A stretch of DNA of 64,000 nt from an uncultured Fibrobacteria bacterium (GTDB taxonomy: Bacteria > Fibrobacterota > Fibrobacteria > UBA11236). Where the stretch lies: positions 1,632,001-1,696,000 of the forward strand of contig OY970309.1 of NCBI GenBank assembly GCA_963716395.1. Direction: 5' to 3'. The first letter of the stretch is position 1, and the number at the start of each line of letters is the position of its first letter. This document shows, in pieces, positions 9,488 to 20,000 of the stretch. The notes below the pieces were generated by a model, which worked only from the letters and a program-made list of their open reading frames with translations, was not told where the DNA came from and made no database searches. A program made the position numbers and the translations under genes.

Positions 9488-12327
9488 AATTTGGAAGGTT
9501 TGCCGGTGTCGTGTGCGGTGCTACCGGGGACTCCCAAACCGCCGCGCTGCGCGGCCTGGATTTGGGCATCCAGTTGCTCGACCTGCTGGGCCACCATGCT
9601 GGCATATTTGTGGCTTGGGTTCTGGGCCAGCCATTCCGAGAGGATCCGACGTGTATTTAAGAGGTCGCCCCGTTTTTCATACATCTCGGCCAAAGTGTAC
9701 ACCGGTTCGAAATCGCTGGGGTCCTGGCTATGAAGGTCGATAAGCAGCGATTCGGCGCGAGCCTCCTGACCGGTTTGCTGATAGAGCTGCGCCAGGTTCA
9801 TCATGAACACATTGCCTTCGGGGCCGGCGGCCTTGATGCCTTTGCGAAAGGCCGTTTCGGCCTTCTGGGTTTCTCCCATTTCCGCATAGAGTTGGCCCGC
9901 GTAGTAGTAGACGCGCCATTCGCTGGGTAAAAGCCGTGCGTTGAGGTCGAGGTACTTCTGCGCAAAGGCGAGTTTGGCTTCTTTGTCGCTGTCGAGCGCG
10001 GCCAAAACCGACTTGATCGAATCGGACGGCGAGGAGATTTTGCGCAGTTCGACTTCCCGGCTCTGGATGTCCTCCAGCTTCTGCTGCGCCCATTGCACCA
10101 GACGGAAGTTGGTGGCCGAGTAATTCGTCAGCAACCCTTGGGTGTTGAGATCGACGTACACGTTCGGATCGCCCAATCCGCGGTAGCGGTACACCGAATC
10201 CACCAGGCGGGTGGTGGCGGCGACATCGATTGCCTGGTTCTTCGGCTCTTCGACCAGGGTGTACACCATGCCCTCCATGACCGTGTACTTCTCCAAGCCC
10301 ATTTCGTTTTCGTCGCCCACCGTGACCGCGAACTCCATGTTCCACTGCGGATAGTTGTTCTGCACGATGTTGAGCACCATGATGTCCTGCACCCGGATAT
10401 AGCTGCGGCGTTGCAGCGTCACATGGATCTGGGAGTTGGGAATCCGGATTTCCACCGGTCCCTTGAAACTCCACGGTTGGGGCTCGAGCTTTTCGATTTC
10501 ATCGTCGGTGAACCCGATTTTGAGCGCGGGCTGGTGGCTGCGCAATTGTTTGATGTACCAGTCGGTGTTGACCAGCGACAGGTTGACCACGCGCACGTCG
10601 CGGCGGATGCGTTCGCCTTCCTGCATGAACCACAGGGGAAAGGTGTCGTTGTCGCCGTTGGTGAACAGCACCGAATGCGGCCGGCAGGACATGAGCAGGT
10701 TGTAGGCGTAATCCCAGGGCGTGTAGTTGCCGGTGCGGTTGTGCTCATGCCAATTCGACCAGGCCGGCACCGCCAGGGCCAGAGCGGCCAGGGCAAGGCC
10801 CGTCGGCCGGACCCAGCGCTTGCGCCGGGGATCTTCCCCCATCGCCTGCAGCAGCAGGGCCGCCGAGACGCCGAAGAGAATGCCCATGAACATGAATCCG
10901 GGCGTGAAGAAATAATCGCGGTCGCGCACTTCGATGTGCACTGGCGCCGGCTTCTGGTTGGGATCGAAACCCGTCGACTTCCAGTACTCGTAGTCGGCGC
11001 TTTCGAGTTGGGTGCCGTCGGCGAAATTCATGTAGAAGATCATGCCGTAGCTGGTGATGCCGTACAGCACCAAGAGGTAAATACCCAACTCTCGGTGGCG
11101 CTTGTACAAGAGATAGCCGCCGTAAAGAAAGGGCAGTTGCATCAGCACGAACAGCAGGAATTCGATGCCGGGATGGGTGCGCAGGCCGAGGTAGAGGGTG
11201 GGAAACTCGATGCGCTTTCCGAAAATATGGCGTACTACGGGTTCGCTTTCATCCGCCCGGCTTTCCCCGGTTTTCCAGGGCAGGTATTGGGCCAGCATGT
11301 AGCCGCCGTAGCCGATATGCGGGTAGACGAGCAACTGGTTTTGCACGTGCGCGCGGCGGTGCAGGGCGCGTTTCAGCATCGATTCCGATCCGTATTGCTT
11401 GCGTTCCAGGTAATCCTTAAAGTTGGACAGGGTCTGCCCGTTGTAGGCGCCCGCATACACGCCGCCCTCGTCGATGTCGGGATTGGTGGAGGAGCGGATG
11501 GGAACATACAGGTAAACCGAGAATCCAATCAAGGCCACAAAGCACACCCAGGCCGAAAGCGACCAGCGATGTTTCCAAACCGGCGTCTTCGACAGCAGGC
11601 CTCCGCCGAGGCAGACGAGCAGCGCCGCACCCATATACACCACGAAATTGCCGATGTCATACAGCATGGACAGCAGCATCAAGCCCGAGAAAATGAGGGG
11701 GATGTTGGTCCGGTTTTCCTTGTCGGAGATGATCAAGAACAGGCCGACCACGGGCACGGTGATGAAGGCGAAATGACTCACGCCCATGCCCAGACTGCTG
11801 ATATACGCGATGAGGATGAGGGTGCGGTCGGCGTGCGGCGTGCCGCGGTGCTCGTACCATTCCAACACCAACCACGAGGTGATCATCACCACCAGCATCG
11901 AGAGGGTGTACATCTCGGCTTCCACCGCGCTGAACCAGAAGGTGTCGCAGAAGGTGACCAGAAAGGCGGCGATGATCCCGCCGGTGTACTTCGCAAACGA
12001 CGAAATGGATTCGCGGAATACGATGCGCAGCACCCGCACCGTGAACAAAAACACCATCCAGATGGTCAGCGCGCCCGCCAGCACGGCCAGAAAATTCATG
12101 CGCACGGCCAGTTCCTTCATCGGCATCACCATCAGGAATAGGCGTCCCAGCAGCATGAACAAAGGGTTGCCGGGCGGATGAGGGTTGCCGAGGATGCTGG
12201 CCGAGGCCAGGAATTCGCCGCAATCCCAGAACGACACCGTGGGCGCCATGGTCTTGAAGTAGGTGAAAAGGGCCACGGCGAATACCGAGAAACCCAGGAG
12301 ATTCCGCAATTTCTTGTCTTGGGTCAT
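9484..12327 (-). CDS. DUF2723 membrane protein (TMEM260-like GT-C glycosyltransferase) with C-terminal TPRs
   Basis: PTVSFWDCGEF, HPPGNP, FWFSAVEAEMY, RDRDYFF, FTNGDNDTFPLW, RVVNLSL motifs. Confidence 0.9.
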   Translation of the reverse strand: MTQDKKLRNLLGFSVFAVALFTYFKTMAPTVSFWDCGEFLASASILGNPHPPGNPLFMLLGRLFLMVMPMKELAVRMNFLAVLAGALTIWMVFLFTVRVLRIVFRESISSFAKYTGGIIAAFLVTFCDTFWFSAVEAEMYTLSMLVVMITSWLVLEWYEHRGTPHADRTLILIAYISSLGMGVSHFAFITVPVVGLFLIISDKENRTNIPLIFSGLMLLSMLYDIGNFVVYMGAALLVCLGGGLLSKTPVWKHRWSLSAWVCFVALIGFSVYLYVPIRSSTNPDIDEGGVYAGAYNGQTLSNFKDYLERKQYGSESMLKRALHRRAHVQNQLLVYPHIGYGGYMLAQYLPWKTGESRADESEPVVRHIFGKRIEFPTLYLGLRTHPGIEFLLFVLMQLPFLYGGYLLYKRHRELGIYLLVLYGITSYGMIFYMNFADGTQLESADYEYWKSTGFDPNQKPAPVHIEVRDRDYFFTPGFMFMGILFGVSAALLLQAMGEDPRRKRWVRPTGLALAALALAVPAWSNWHEHNRTGNYTPWDYAYNLLMSCRPHSVLFTNGDNDTFPLWFMQEGERIRRDVRVVNLSLVNTDWYIKQLRSHQPALKIGFTDDEIEKLEPQPWSFKGPVEIRIPNSQIHVTLQRRSYIRVQDIMVLNIVQNNYPQWNMEFAVTVGDENEMGLEKYTVMEGMVYTLVEEPKNQAIDVAATTRLVDSVYRYRGLGDPNVYVDLNTQGLLTNYSATNFRLVQWAQQKLEDIQSREVELRKISSPSDSIKSVLAALDSDKEAKLAFAQKYLDLNARLLPSEWRVYYYAGQLYAEMGETQKAETAFRKGIKAAGPEGNVFMMNLAQLYQQTGQEARAESLLIDLHSQDPSDFEPVYTLAEMYEKRGDLLNTRRILSEWLAQNPSHKYASMVAQQVEQLDAQIQAAQRGGLGVPGSTAHDTGKPSKL

Positions 12328-12337
12328 GAAGCGATCC

Positions 12338-12772
12338 TTAGGTGGGAGCAGGGGTTCCGTCGGCCGCGGAAAGCTGGCGTGCCACCGCGTCGAGCACGCC
12401 GTTTACGAAACGGCTGCTGTTTTCGGTGGAAAATTTTTTGGCGATTTCCACGGCCTCATTGATGCATACCTTAAAGGGCACGTCGGGCACCTGCAACAGT
12501 TCGGCGATGGCCGTGCGCAGAATGATGCGGTCGATGACGGCGAAGCGGCCCACATCCCAGTGGGCGGAAACCTCGGACAGGCGGCGATCGATTTCCGGAC
12601 CGTGAGCCGAAACCGCGCGCGCCAGTTTGAGGCCGTAAGCCTGGGCTTCAGGCGGCACGGGCGGATCTTCGGGGGCCAAGGTGGTCGCAGCCTGTTCCAG
12701 GGTGGTTCCGCCCACTTCGGCGGCGTACAGGATTTGCAGGGCGAATTCGCGTCCCCGGCGGCGGGAAATCAT
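12338..12772 (-). CDS. nusB: Transcription antitermination factor NusB
   Basis: RRRGREFALQILY, IDRIILR, INEAVEIAKKFS, FVNGVLD; follows ribH. Confidence 0.96.
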   Translation of the reverse strand: MISRRRGREFALQILYAAEVGGTTLEQAATTLAPEDPPVPPEAQAYGLKLARAVSAHGPEIDRRLSEVSAHWDVGRFAVIDRIILRTAIAELLQVPDVPFKVCINEAVEIAKKFSTENSSRFVNGVLDAVARQLSAADGTPAPT

Positions 12773-13231
12773 CTAGAACTGATCCCACAGGGTGGCCATC
12801 TCCACCGCGGCCAACGCGGCGTCGAAGCCCTTGTTGCCCGCCTTCGCGCCGGCGCGTTCCAGCGCCTGGTCCAGGGTCTCGACGGTGAGCACCCCGAAGG
12901 CTACGGGGATGGCGCCGTCGGCGACTTCGGCCACGCCCCGGGTCAGAAGCTGCACGACCTGGTCGTAATGCGGCGTATCGCCGCGAATCACGCAGCCAAG
13001 CGCGATCAACGCCTGGTGTCGCTTGGCGACCGCGAGGCGCTTGAGCGCCTGCGGAATCTCCGCCGCGCCCGGCACCCAGATCACGGTGAGGTCCTTCTCC
13101 TGGGCGCCGTGCCGCAGCAGGCAATCGGTGGCGCCATGCAGCAATTGCTGCGTGATCAGGGCGTTGAAGCGCGACACCACGAGGGCGAAGCTTTTTCCCT
13201 GGGCCTGGAGTTGGCCGGTGATCACGTTCAT
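12773..13231 (-). CDS. ribH: 6,7-dimethyl-8-ribityllumazine synthase
   Basis: VVSRFN, VPGAAEIP, LGCVIRGDTPHYD, GNKGFDAA motifs. Confidence 0.96.
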   Translation of the reverse strand: MNVITGQLQAQGKSFALVVSRFNALITQQLLHGATDCLLRHGAQEKDLTVIWVPGAAEIPQALKRLAVAKRHQALIALGCVIRGDTPHYDQVVQLLTRGVAEVADGAIPVAFGVLTVETLDQALERAGAKAGNKGFDAALAAVEMATLWDQF

Positions 13232-14394
13232 GATCTTTCCTTTCGCCGGAGTTTGCGCGGCGGTGCCCGGCCCGGAAAGGGGGTTTGGCGTGCGATATGC
13301 AGGCCGTACCCTTCCAGACCTTGGATGCGTTTGGGGTGGTTGGTCAAAAGATTCAGCCGCCGGATGCCCAGGTCGTAGAGGATTTGCGCCCCGATGCCGT
13401 AGGTGCGAGCATCCATGCCCGCGCTGTGATGAGAGCGCATGCGTGGACTGCGGCCGCGCACGTCTTCCGCGGCATAGCCTTCGAGTTTGCGGCCGAAGTC
13501 TTCCTCGGGGCTGACCTGGCGCATATAGAGGAACACCCCGCCGTCGCGGCCAATGGCGTGCAGGCCCTGCAGCAGCAACTCGCCGCAGTCGCAGCGCCGC
13601 GACCCGAACACGTCTCCGAACAGGCATTCGGAATGCACGCGCACCGGAACGGCGTGCCCGGGCGTGAACGGTTCTTTCACCAAAGCCAGGTGCTTGCGGC
13701 CGTGGATCAAATCTTCATACACGTGCGCGCGGAACTCCCCCTGGGGCGTGGGCATGTGAAACAGGCCTATCGGGCGCACCAGCTTTTCGCGCACCCGCCG
13801 GTATTGAATCAACTCTTCCACCGAAAGGATTTTGAGGCCGTGCTTTTTCGCGAAGCGCTGGCAATCGGGCAGGCGCGCCATCGAGCCGTCTTCATTCATG
13901 ATTTCGCAGATCACGCCCGCGCCGCCGAGCCCCGCCAGGTGCACGAGATCGACGGCGGCTTCGGTGTGGCCGGCGCGCACCAGCACCCCGCCTTGCAGGG
14001 CTTTGATGGGGAAGATGTGGCCGGGGCTCACGAAGGCCTCAGGCCCGAGCGCGGGATTGGCCAAGGCGCGTGCCGTCAGGCTGCGGTCGGCCGCGGAAAT
14101 GCCGGTGGTGGTGCCGTCGCGCGCTTCCACCGAAACCGTGAACGCCGTGTCATGGCGCGAGCCGTTTTTTTCGGCCATGGGCGGCAGGCGCAGTTGCTCT
14201 ACGCGCCGCGCCGACAGGGCTACGCAAATGAGGCCGCGCGCGTGTTTGGCCAGAAAATTGATTTTCGCCGGCGTGGATTTGGACGCGGCGAAAATCACGT
14301 CGCCTTCGTTTTCGCGATTGGCGTCGTCGACCACGACGACCGCGCGTCCGTGGCGCAAATCGGCCAGCACCTCGGCCACGCTATGAAACGCCAT
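13228..14394 (-). CDS. ribBA: 3,4-DHBP synthase / GTP cyclohydrolase II fusion (GCHII part appears degenerate)
   Basis: DDANRENEGD, TAFTVSV, TTGISAADR, PGHIFP, RAGHTEA, CEIMNEDG; VHSECLFGD..GSRRCDCG. Confidence 0.9.
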   Translation of the reverse strand: MAFHSVAEVLADLRHGRAVVVVDDANRENEGDVIFAASKSTPAKINFLAKHARGLICVALSARRVEQLRLPPMAEKNGSRHDTAFTVSVEARDGTTTGISAADRSLTARALANPALGPEAFVSPGHIFPIKALQGGVLVRAGHTEAAVDLVHLAGLGGAGVICEIMNEDGSMARLPDCQRFAKKHGLKILSVEELIQYRRVREKLVRPIGLFHMPTPQGEFRAHVYEDLIHGRKHLALVKEPFTPGHAVPVRVHSECLFGDVFGSRRCDCGELLLQGLHAIGRDGGVFLYMRQVSPEEDFGRKLEGYAAEDVRGRSPRMRSHHSAGMDARTYGIGAQILYDLGIRRLNLLTNHPKRIQGLEGYGLHIARQTPFPGRAPPRKLRRKERS

Positions 14395-15046
14395 ATCCCC
14401 ATTTTTCCAGAGCCAACCATTGGGAGGCGCCGGCATCGCCGGCCGGGTCCGCGCCGCGCCGCGACATTTGTCTTTCCACGTATTTGGCGAGAATGTCGAC
14501 TTCGAAGTTGAGGCGCTGGCCCTTGCGCAGGTTCCCGAGATTGGTGAGTTGCAAGGTGTGCGGAATCACCGCAAAGCGCAACGCGTTCCCTTCGACCGCG
14601 GCGATGGTAAGGCTCACTCCCGACAAAGCCAGCGAGCCTTTATACGGGCAATATTGCAGAAAGGATTCCGGGAGCGCGACCGCGAATTCCAGCCCCGCGC
14701 GCGGCAAAGATTTGACGGCGACCACTTCGCAGACGCCGTCGGCATGGCCGAGCACGAAATGCCCGCCCAAGGCGGTTTGTGGAGTTGCCGCCGGTTCCAG
14801 ATTGACCGTGTCGCCGCTTTTCCACCCGGACAAGGTCGACTTCGAGAGGGTTTCGGGCACGGCGCAAACCGAGAATCCTCCCGGCAATACCCGTTCCACG
14901 GTCAGACACACGCCGTCGCAGGCCACGCTGTCGCCGACTTGAAGTTTTTCCGCGAGACGGGGGGAGGCCAGGGTAAAGCGTATCGCCTCGCCGGCCGCAA
15001 CCCGACCGCGCACCGTCCCCAGATCTTGCACGATGCCAGTGAACAT
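14381..15046 (-). CDS. ribE: Riboflavin synthase alpha chain
   Basis: MFTGIV start, GDSVACDGVCLTV, GGHFVLGH, KGSLALSGVSLT. Confidence 0.95.
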   Translation of the reverse strand: MFTGIVQDLGTVRGRVAAGEAIRFTLASPRLAEKLQVGDSVACDGVCLTVERVLPGGFSVCAVPETLSKSTLSGWKSGDTVNLEPAATPQTALGGHFVLGHADGVCEVVAVKSLPRAGLEFAVALPESFLQYCPYKGSLALSGVSLTIAAVEGNALRFAVIPHTLQLTNLGNLRKGQRLNFEVDILAKYVERQMSRRGADPAGDAGASQWLALEKWGYGVS

Positions 15047-15083
15047 CGCTGAGCTTCTTTCCCCGAACTTTTCGGCAACCCGA

Positions 15084-16160
15084 TTACCTGCGCGGCGTTT
15101 TCCTCTGAAACTCCGTCAGCGTATCCTCTCCGAGCGTCGTAAATCTATGAAAAACAAGGGATTTCGCCCATGACGGACGTAGAGTATCCTCCCAACGCTC
15201 GCCACGGGGCAGAAGCTTGGGCGCGGTAAACAAAAACAGGCGATCGCAGTATCCCGAATTCAAAAGCGGTGCCCAAACCGAGCGGCCGCCTTCGACCAGC
15301 ACCTGGTGATACCCTTTCTCTTCGAACAGATCCAGCAAGGATCGCAGCAATTCGGATTCGTCGCCGGTGGAAACCCGGCAGGAGTCGACCCATTCCGGCA
15401 GGCCCCGAATGGCCCGAGGGGTCAGCAAAGTGGTTTTGGCCGCCCGGCGTCGCAACAAGAACCAGCGCGGATTCAGTCTGTTCCCGCGTGTCAGGATCAG
15501 GGCTTCGGGCACGTGTCCGGAAACGAGCCGTGGCGTCAAACGCGGATTGTCGCGGCGCAAGGTGCCGCCGCCGATGAGCACGGCGTCCGCCGCGGCGCGC
15601 AGAGCATGGGCGCGCTTCCGGCTCTCCCGTCCGGTCAGAACGGTTTCCACGCCGGGGTTCTGGTTGATGCGTCCGTTCAGGCTTTGCGCGATCTTCATCG
15701 TGATTTGCGGGCGGCCATGCCGGAGGAAAAAAAAGAAGCCCGTATAAAATTCTTGGGCGCGTTCCTGAAGCAAGCCCGCCGCGGCGTCGATACCGGCGCG
15801 GCGCAATTCGGCCAAGCCTTTTCCCGACATGAGCGGATTGGGATCGTTGCAAGCGGCCACCACGCGGCTTACACCGGCCGCGATCAGGGCGCGCGTGCAC
15901 GGGGGCGTCTTGCCGAAATGCCGGCAAGGCTCCAGGGTCACATACAGCGTCGCGCCGCGGGCATTTTCCCGCGCCTGTTCCAAGGCGACGATCTCGGCAT
16001 GGGCCTGTCCGGCGGGCCGGGTGGCGCCTTGGCCGACGAGGCGACCGTGTTTCATCAGCACCGCGCCCACGGGTGGATTGGGCAGGGTGCGGCCTTTGAC
16101 TTGAAGGGCTAGCTCGAAGGCCATTTCCATGCAGGCCTGATCACGCGCTTTTTCCGGCAT
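15084..16160 (-). CDS. ribD: Riboflavin biosynthesis deaminase/reductase
   Basis: PNPPVGA, HAE, TLEPCRHFGKTPPC, VLVEGG motifs. Confidence 0.95.
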   Translation of the reverse strand: MPEKARDQACMEMAFELALQVKGRTLPNPPVGAVLMKHGRLVGQGATRPAGQAHAEIVALEQARENARGATLYVTLEPCRHFGKTPPCTRALIAAGVSRVVAACNDPNPLMSGKGLAELRRAGIDAAAGLLQERAQEFYTGFFFFLRHGRPQITMKIAQSLNGRINQNPGVETVLTGRESRKRAHALRAAADAVLIGGGTLRRDNPRLTPRLVSGHVPEALILTRGNRLNPRWFLLRRRAAKTTLLTPRAIRGLPEWVDSCRVSTGDESELLRSLLDLFEEKGYHQVLVEGGRSVWAPLLNSGYCDRLFLFTAPKLLPRGERWEDTLRPSWAKSLVFHRFTTLGEDTLTEFQRKTPRR

Positions 16161-16348
16161 GGGGCAAAGGGTAAAAATGCGCCGGGTTGGTAGCCCGTGC
16201 TTTTATCCGCGCAGGCGGAATTGTTACATCCGACCCGGCGTCCTAAAACCGGAAATCCAAAACCTTCTGGAAGGGGCAACCCCCAGATCATCCGTGGTTT
16301 TCTTGCGGGGTATGGCCTGCGGGCTGTAGATTATGCCGAGGAGGGGGA

Positions 16349-16963
16349 ATGGGTCGGCTCGGCTTTGTCTTGTGCCTGGCGTTTGTCGTGCCATCGTGGA
16401 CGCAAACGCGCACCTGGGCTTTTGCCCAGGACACCGTGCATGAATGGTTGTGGGATTCGCTGTCTGGATGGTATGGACGCGATACGCTTCGGATCGAAAA
16501 TAATTCCGCCGACACCTTGCGGTTCGACAGCTCGCAGGCGACCATCGTTTCGCCTCCCGGCGTGTTCTTCGAAGGCTTGATCGAGGCGGCCCCGCGCATT
16601 ACCGGCGGTGGTGGCGTCATCGCCTATGCCCCGCCGCAAATCGGTTACGTCTACGAGTTCACCATATTGCAGGACGATTTTTTTTTCCCGCCGCAATCCA
16701 CCGGCGATATTTTCCGTATCTCCTTGGATGCGGCCAAAATCAACGACACCGAGACGGTGCGCGACTCTTTGGTTTTCCAATTGGTGCTTTTTTCCGGGCG
16801 CACCGCGGACACGGTGTATATCAAAGGCGGGGCCTGTTGTGTGACGCCGGTGCTGCGGTTGGGCCGCCCGCCCCCGACGCCCGCGGCCATCAAGCCGTAC
16901 TTTGATCTGCGCGGCCGTCGCGTCGAACGCGCCTTACAGGCGTTTTATTTGAAAGAACCGTGA
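16349..16963 (+). CDS. Secreted hypothetical protein with Fibrobacter-type C-terminal tail
   Basis: GAGGAGG RBS, signal peptide, C-terminal YFDLRGRRV. Confidence 0.65.
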   Translation: MGRLGFVLCLAFVVPSWTQTRTWAFAQDTVHEWLWDSLSGWYGRDTLRIENNSADTLRFDSSQATIVSPPGVFFEGLIEAAPRITGGGGVIAYAPPQIGYVYEFTILQDDFFFPPQSTGDIFRISLDAAKINDTETVRDSLVFQLVLFSGRTADTVYIKGGACCVTPVLRLGRPPPTPAAIKPYFDLRGRRVERALQAFYLKEP

Positions 16964-17015
16964 TGGATTGCAAACAGCCGACGGCGGGGAGTGGGCCGAT
17001 GGGGCCGCCATCCCC

Positions 17016-20000
17016 ATGAACTCGCGGCCCATCCTTCGCCTCGCTGTGGTCTTGGGGTTCGGCGCGTGGGCCGCGCTTCCCCTGCCGGCGTCGCCCAATT
17101 TTGTCCCGGTCGCCGCGGGTGGGAACAACGCCGGGCCTTTGCTGTTGTACAACTGCCGCGGTGCCGATCCCATCGCCCGCTTTCAAGCGGAACGCCCGGC
17201 CTTCTCCGGCCTCCCCAGCCACTATGCGCGCGCCATTTTCCGGCCCCTTCCCAACGACAGCGTTTTCCATGCCGTGCTCCGCGTCGGAAAGTTCCGCAAG
17301 CTGGGCGGTGTCTTCGCCCGTGAGAACGGCCGGGTTCTGGAGGTTTGGACCGTGAACTTGCAGGGGCAGAACCCGGCGAGCGTACGCGGCCGGCTGCGCA
17401 GCGATTTTCCCGATCTCTTCTTCAATCTCGTGCCCTACAGCTACGAGGACAAGCTGACGCCCAAGCTGTACGGCCTGAAGAGCTTTGCTCCGGGCGAGCA
17501 AAACGCGCAGACCGATAAAATTTTCGCCCACGTCTATTTCTTTCCCGATGTGACGGCGGCCCGGCAGAATCAAATTCTGCACACCTATATCGCGCCCGAA
17601 GATTTTCTGCACAGTCCGTATACGGCCGAGATCCGCGGCACCTTGGGGCAATTGCAGGCCTTGGCCCGCGTCGACGAGGTCAGCCGCGTCACCGAAGCCG
17701 ACACCATTCCCAAATTGACCAGCGACGTGTCGCGCGCCGCAATCGGCGTCGATAGCGTGCAGACCATCGACACTGCGGCGGCGGCGCCCGACACGGGTTG
17801 GCTCGACAACCCGCCCTATGCCGACGACTATTTCGGCCGCGGCGTGGTGGTCGGGGTTTACGACGAAGGCATTGACACCAGTGCCAACGATATGAGCCCC
17901 AACGATTTCAAAGAACAGGTTGCAGCGACCGAGGTCCGAACCCGCCGGGCCGATCCCGACCTTCCCTGGGAAGAGGGCAACGATCCCACGGGCTTTGATG
18001 ATTGGGTTACGGTGCATGGCAACCACGTGGCCGGCATCATCGGCGGCAACGGTTGGAACAGCGCCGCCAGCGGCGGCACGCCCTACTTGTGGCGCGGCAT
18101 CGCGCCCAAATGCCTCTTCATCAGCCAGGGGCCGTTCGAGCGCGGCTTCGCAGGCGACGTCAACAACCATTCTCACATCATCGACGAATCCGCTCCGGGC
18201 TATTACACCGACGCCGACAGTGCAGTCGACGGCGTCATCCACAACCACGCCCTGACCCATACCATGGTGTACGCGGCCGCGAACAACGGCATCAGCGGCT
18301 ACGGCGCCCAACGCGGGTACTATTCCATTTTGTCCAACGCCAAAAACGCGATTACCGTGGGCGCGGTATACCAAGATACGGCTTTGCGGGCCGCCTTCAG
18401 TTCCATGGGTCCGACTCGCGATGGCCGCATCAAGCCCGACGTGATGGCGCCGGGCGCCTCCTATGATTATCCGGATCGCAGCGTGATCCCCATGCACGTG
18501 GAAATCGACTACATCCGCATCCGCCGTCCCAACAACGTCACGGCCGCGGCCTGGGAATTCAACACCGACGGCGACAATGAGGGCTGGACCGGTTCGAACC
18601 CTTATTACACGGCCAACGAGCAGGTGGCGGGCGGCATGCTCAGCTTCGACGTGAAATGGCTCGGCGCGTGGCTCGAAGATACCGCCATCACCGGCTACAA
18701 CAGTAACCCCAATGATACGCTCATCATCAGTTACCGCATCTCCCATCCGCAAATACCTTCCAAGATGACCCGGCTGCGCGTCGGGTTGTCTTGGGACACC
18801 ATCGATTACACCAACGACATGGTGCGTTTTTCCCTGCCGACGCCCGACACCGTGAATTTCCAGGTCGTCAAATTCCGCTTGCGCGATTTATACGGCTTCC
18901 TGAGCCCCGACGACGCCACCAACGGGTGGCAGCCTTGGCCCACCCAAGGATCGTTGCGCATCACCAAGCTGTACCTGGCCCTGCATTCGGACACCCTGGA
19001 ATTCATCACCTCGGTCAACGCCACGGCCCGCAACGCTCCGCGCTACATGCAGCAGCAGGGAACCTCGATGGCCGCTCCGCATGTGACCGGGCTCGTGGCC
19101 TTGATGTTGGAAAAATGGGCCAAGGTGGTGGTGCCGGGCGCGAACCTCGACACTCAGGGCCCCTGGAACAGCACGGTCAAAGCCATCTTGGTGCATACGG
19201 CCACGGATCTGGTGAACACCGCGCCCACGGAATGGGAAGTCCCCAACATGCCCGACACCTGGGCCACGGTGAATCCGGATCTGTGCGTTCCCGTCAATGG
19301 TCAATGCACGCGCCAGACCAGGACGCAAAGCTTCGTGAAATACTACGCCGGCCCCGATTATGCGACCGGCTACGGATTGATCAACGCCCCCAAGGCGTTG
19401 GCGTACACCGATTCCAACCACATCGTGCAGGATTCCCTCCGTCGGCAGGACGGGAGTAAAACCTACGCCTTCACCGTGCCCGCGGGCGTGGAGCATTTTC
19501 GGGTTTCCTTGGCTTGGGACGATTTGCCCGGCGACCCGTCGCTGCCCATCGATCAAATCAAATTGGTGAACGATCTTGATTTGAGCGTCGTCAGCCCGAG
19601 CGGCCGGGTCTTTTATCCCTGGGTCTTGGATTCGCTGCCCCAGAACATCGTCAATAACCAGCCGCCGGCCGACGGGCTCGACCCCATCGATTCGGCCGAC
19701 ATCCAGCCCGCTTACAAAGGCATCAACACCCACGACAACGTCGAAGTGGTCGACGTCGACAGCGGCGGCCTGACGCTGGCGGCGGGAACGTGGCAAGTCG
19801 TGGTGCGCGCCACCCAGGTCATGGCCGGCGACAAACAGGATTTTTCGTTGGTGTCGGATTACACCTTAGGTCCGGCTTCGGTCTCGGGTCAAGCGGCGGG
19901 GGGACAAAGCGCCGCCCCGGCAACGTCGGCCCCGGCCTTGAGCGCGGCCCCCGTTTCCGCCCTGTCCGCACCTGTAAACACGCAGGTTACCCAGGAACCG

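Noticed and set aside
16161-16348. FMN riboswitch upstream of ribD
   Set aside because: No RFN consensus segments seen; the start looks leaderless.
10093-18752. Long opposite-strand ORFs (for example 10093-12141 +, 13285-14511 +, 16890-18752 -)
   Set aside because: Shadow frames of well-supported genes in GC-rich DNA with no recognisable motifs.
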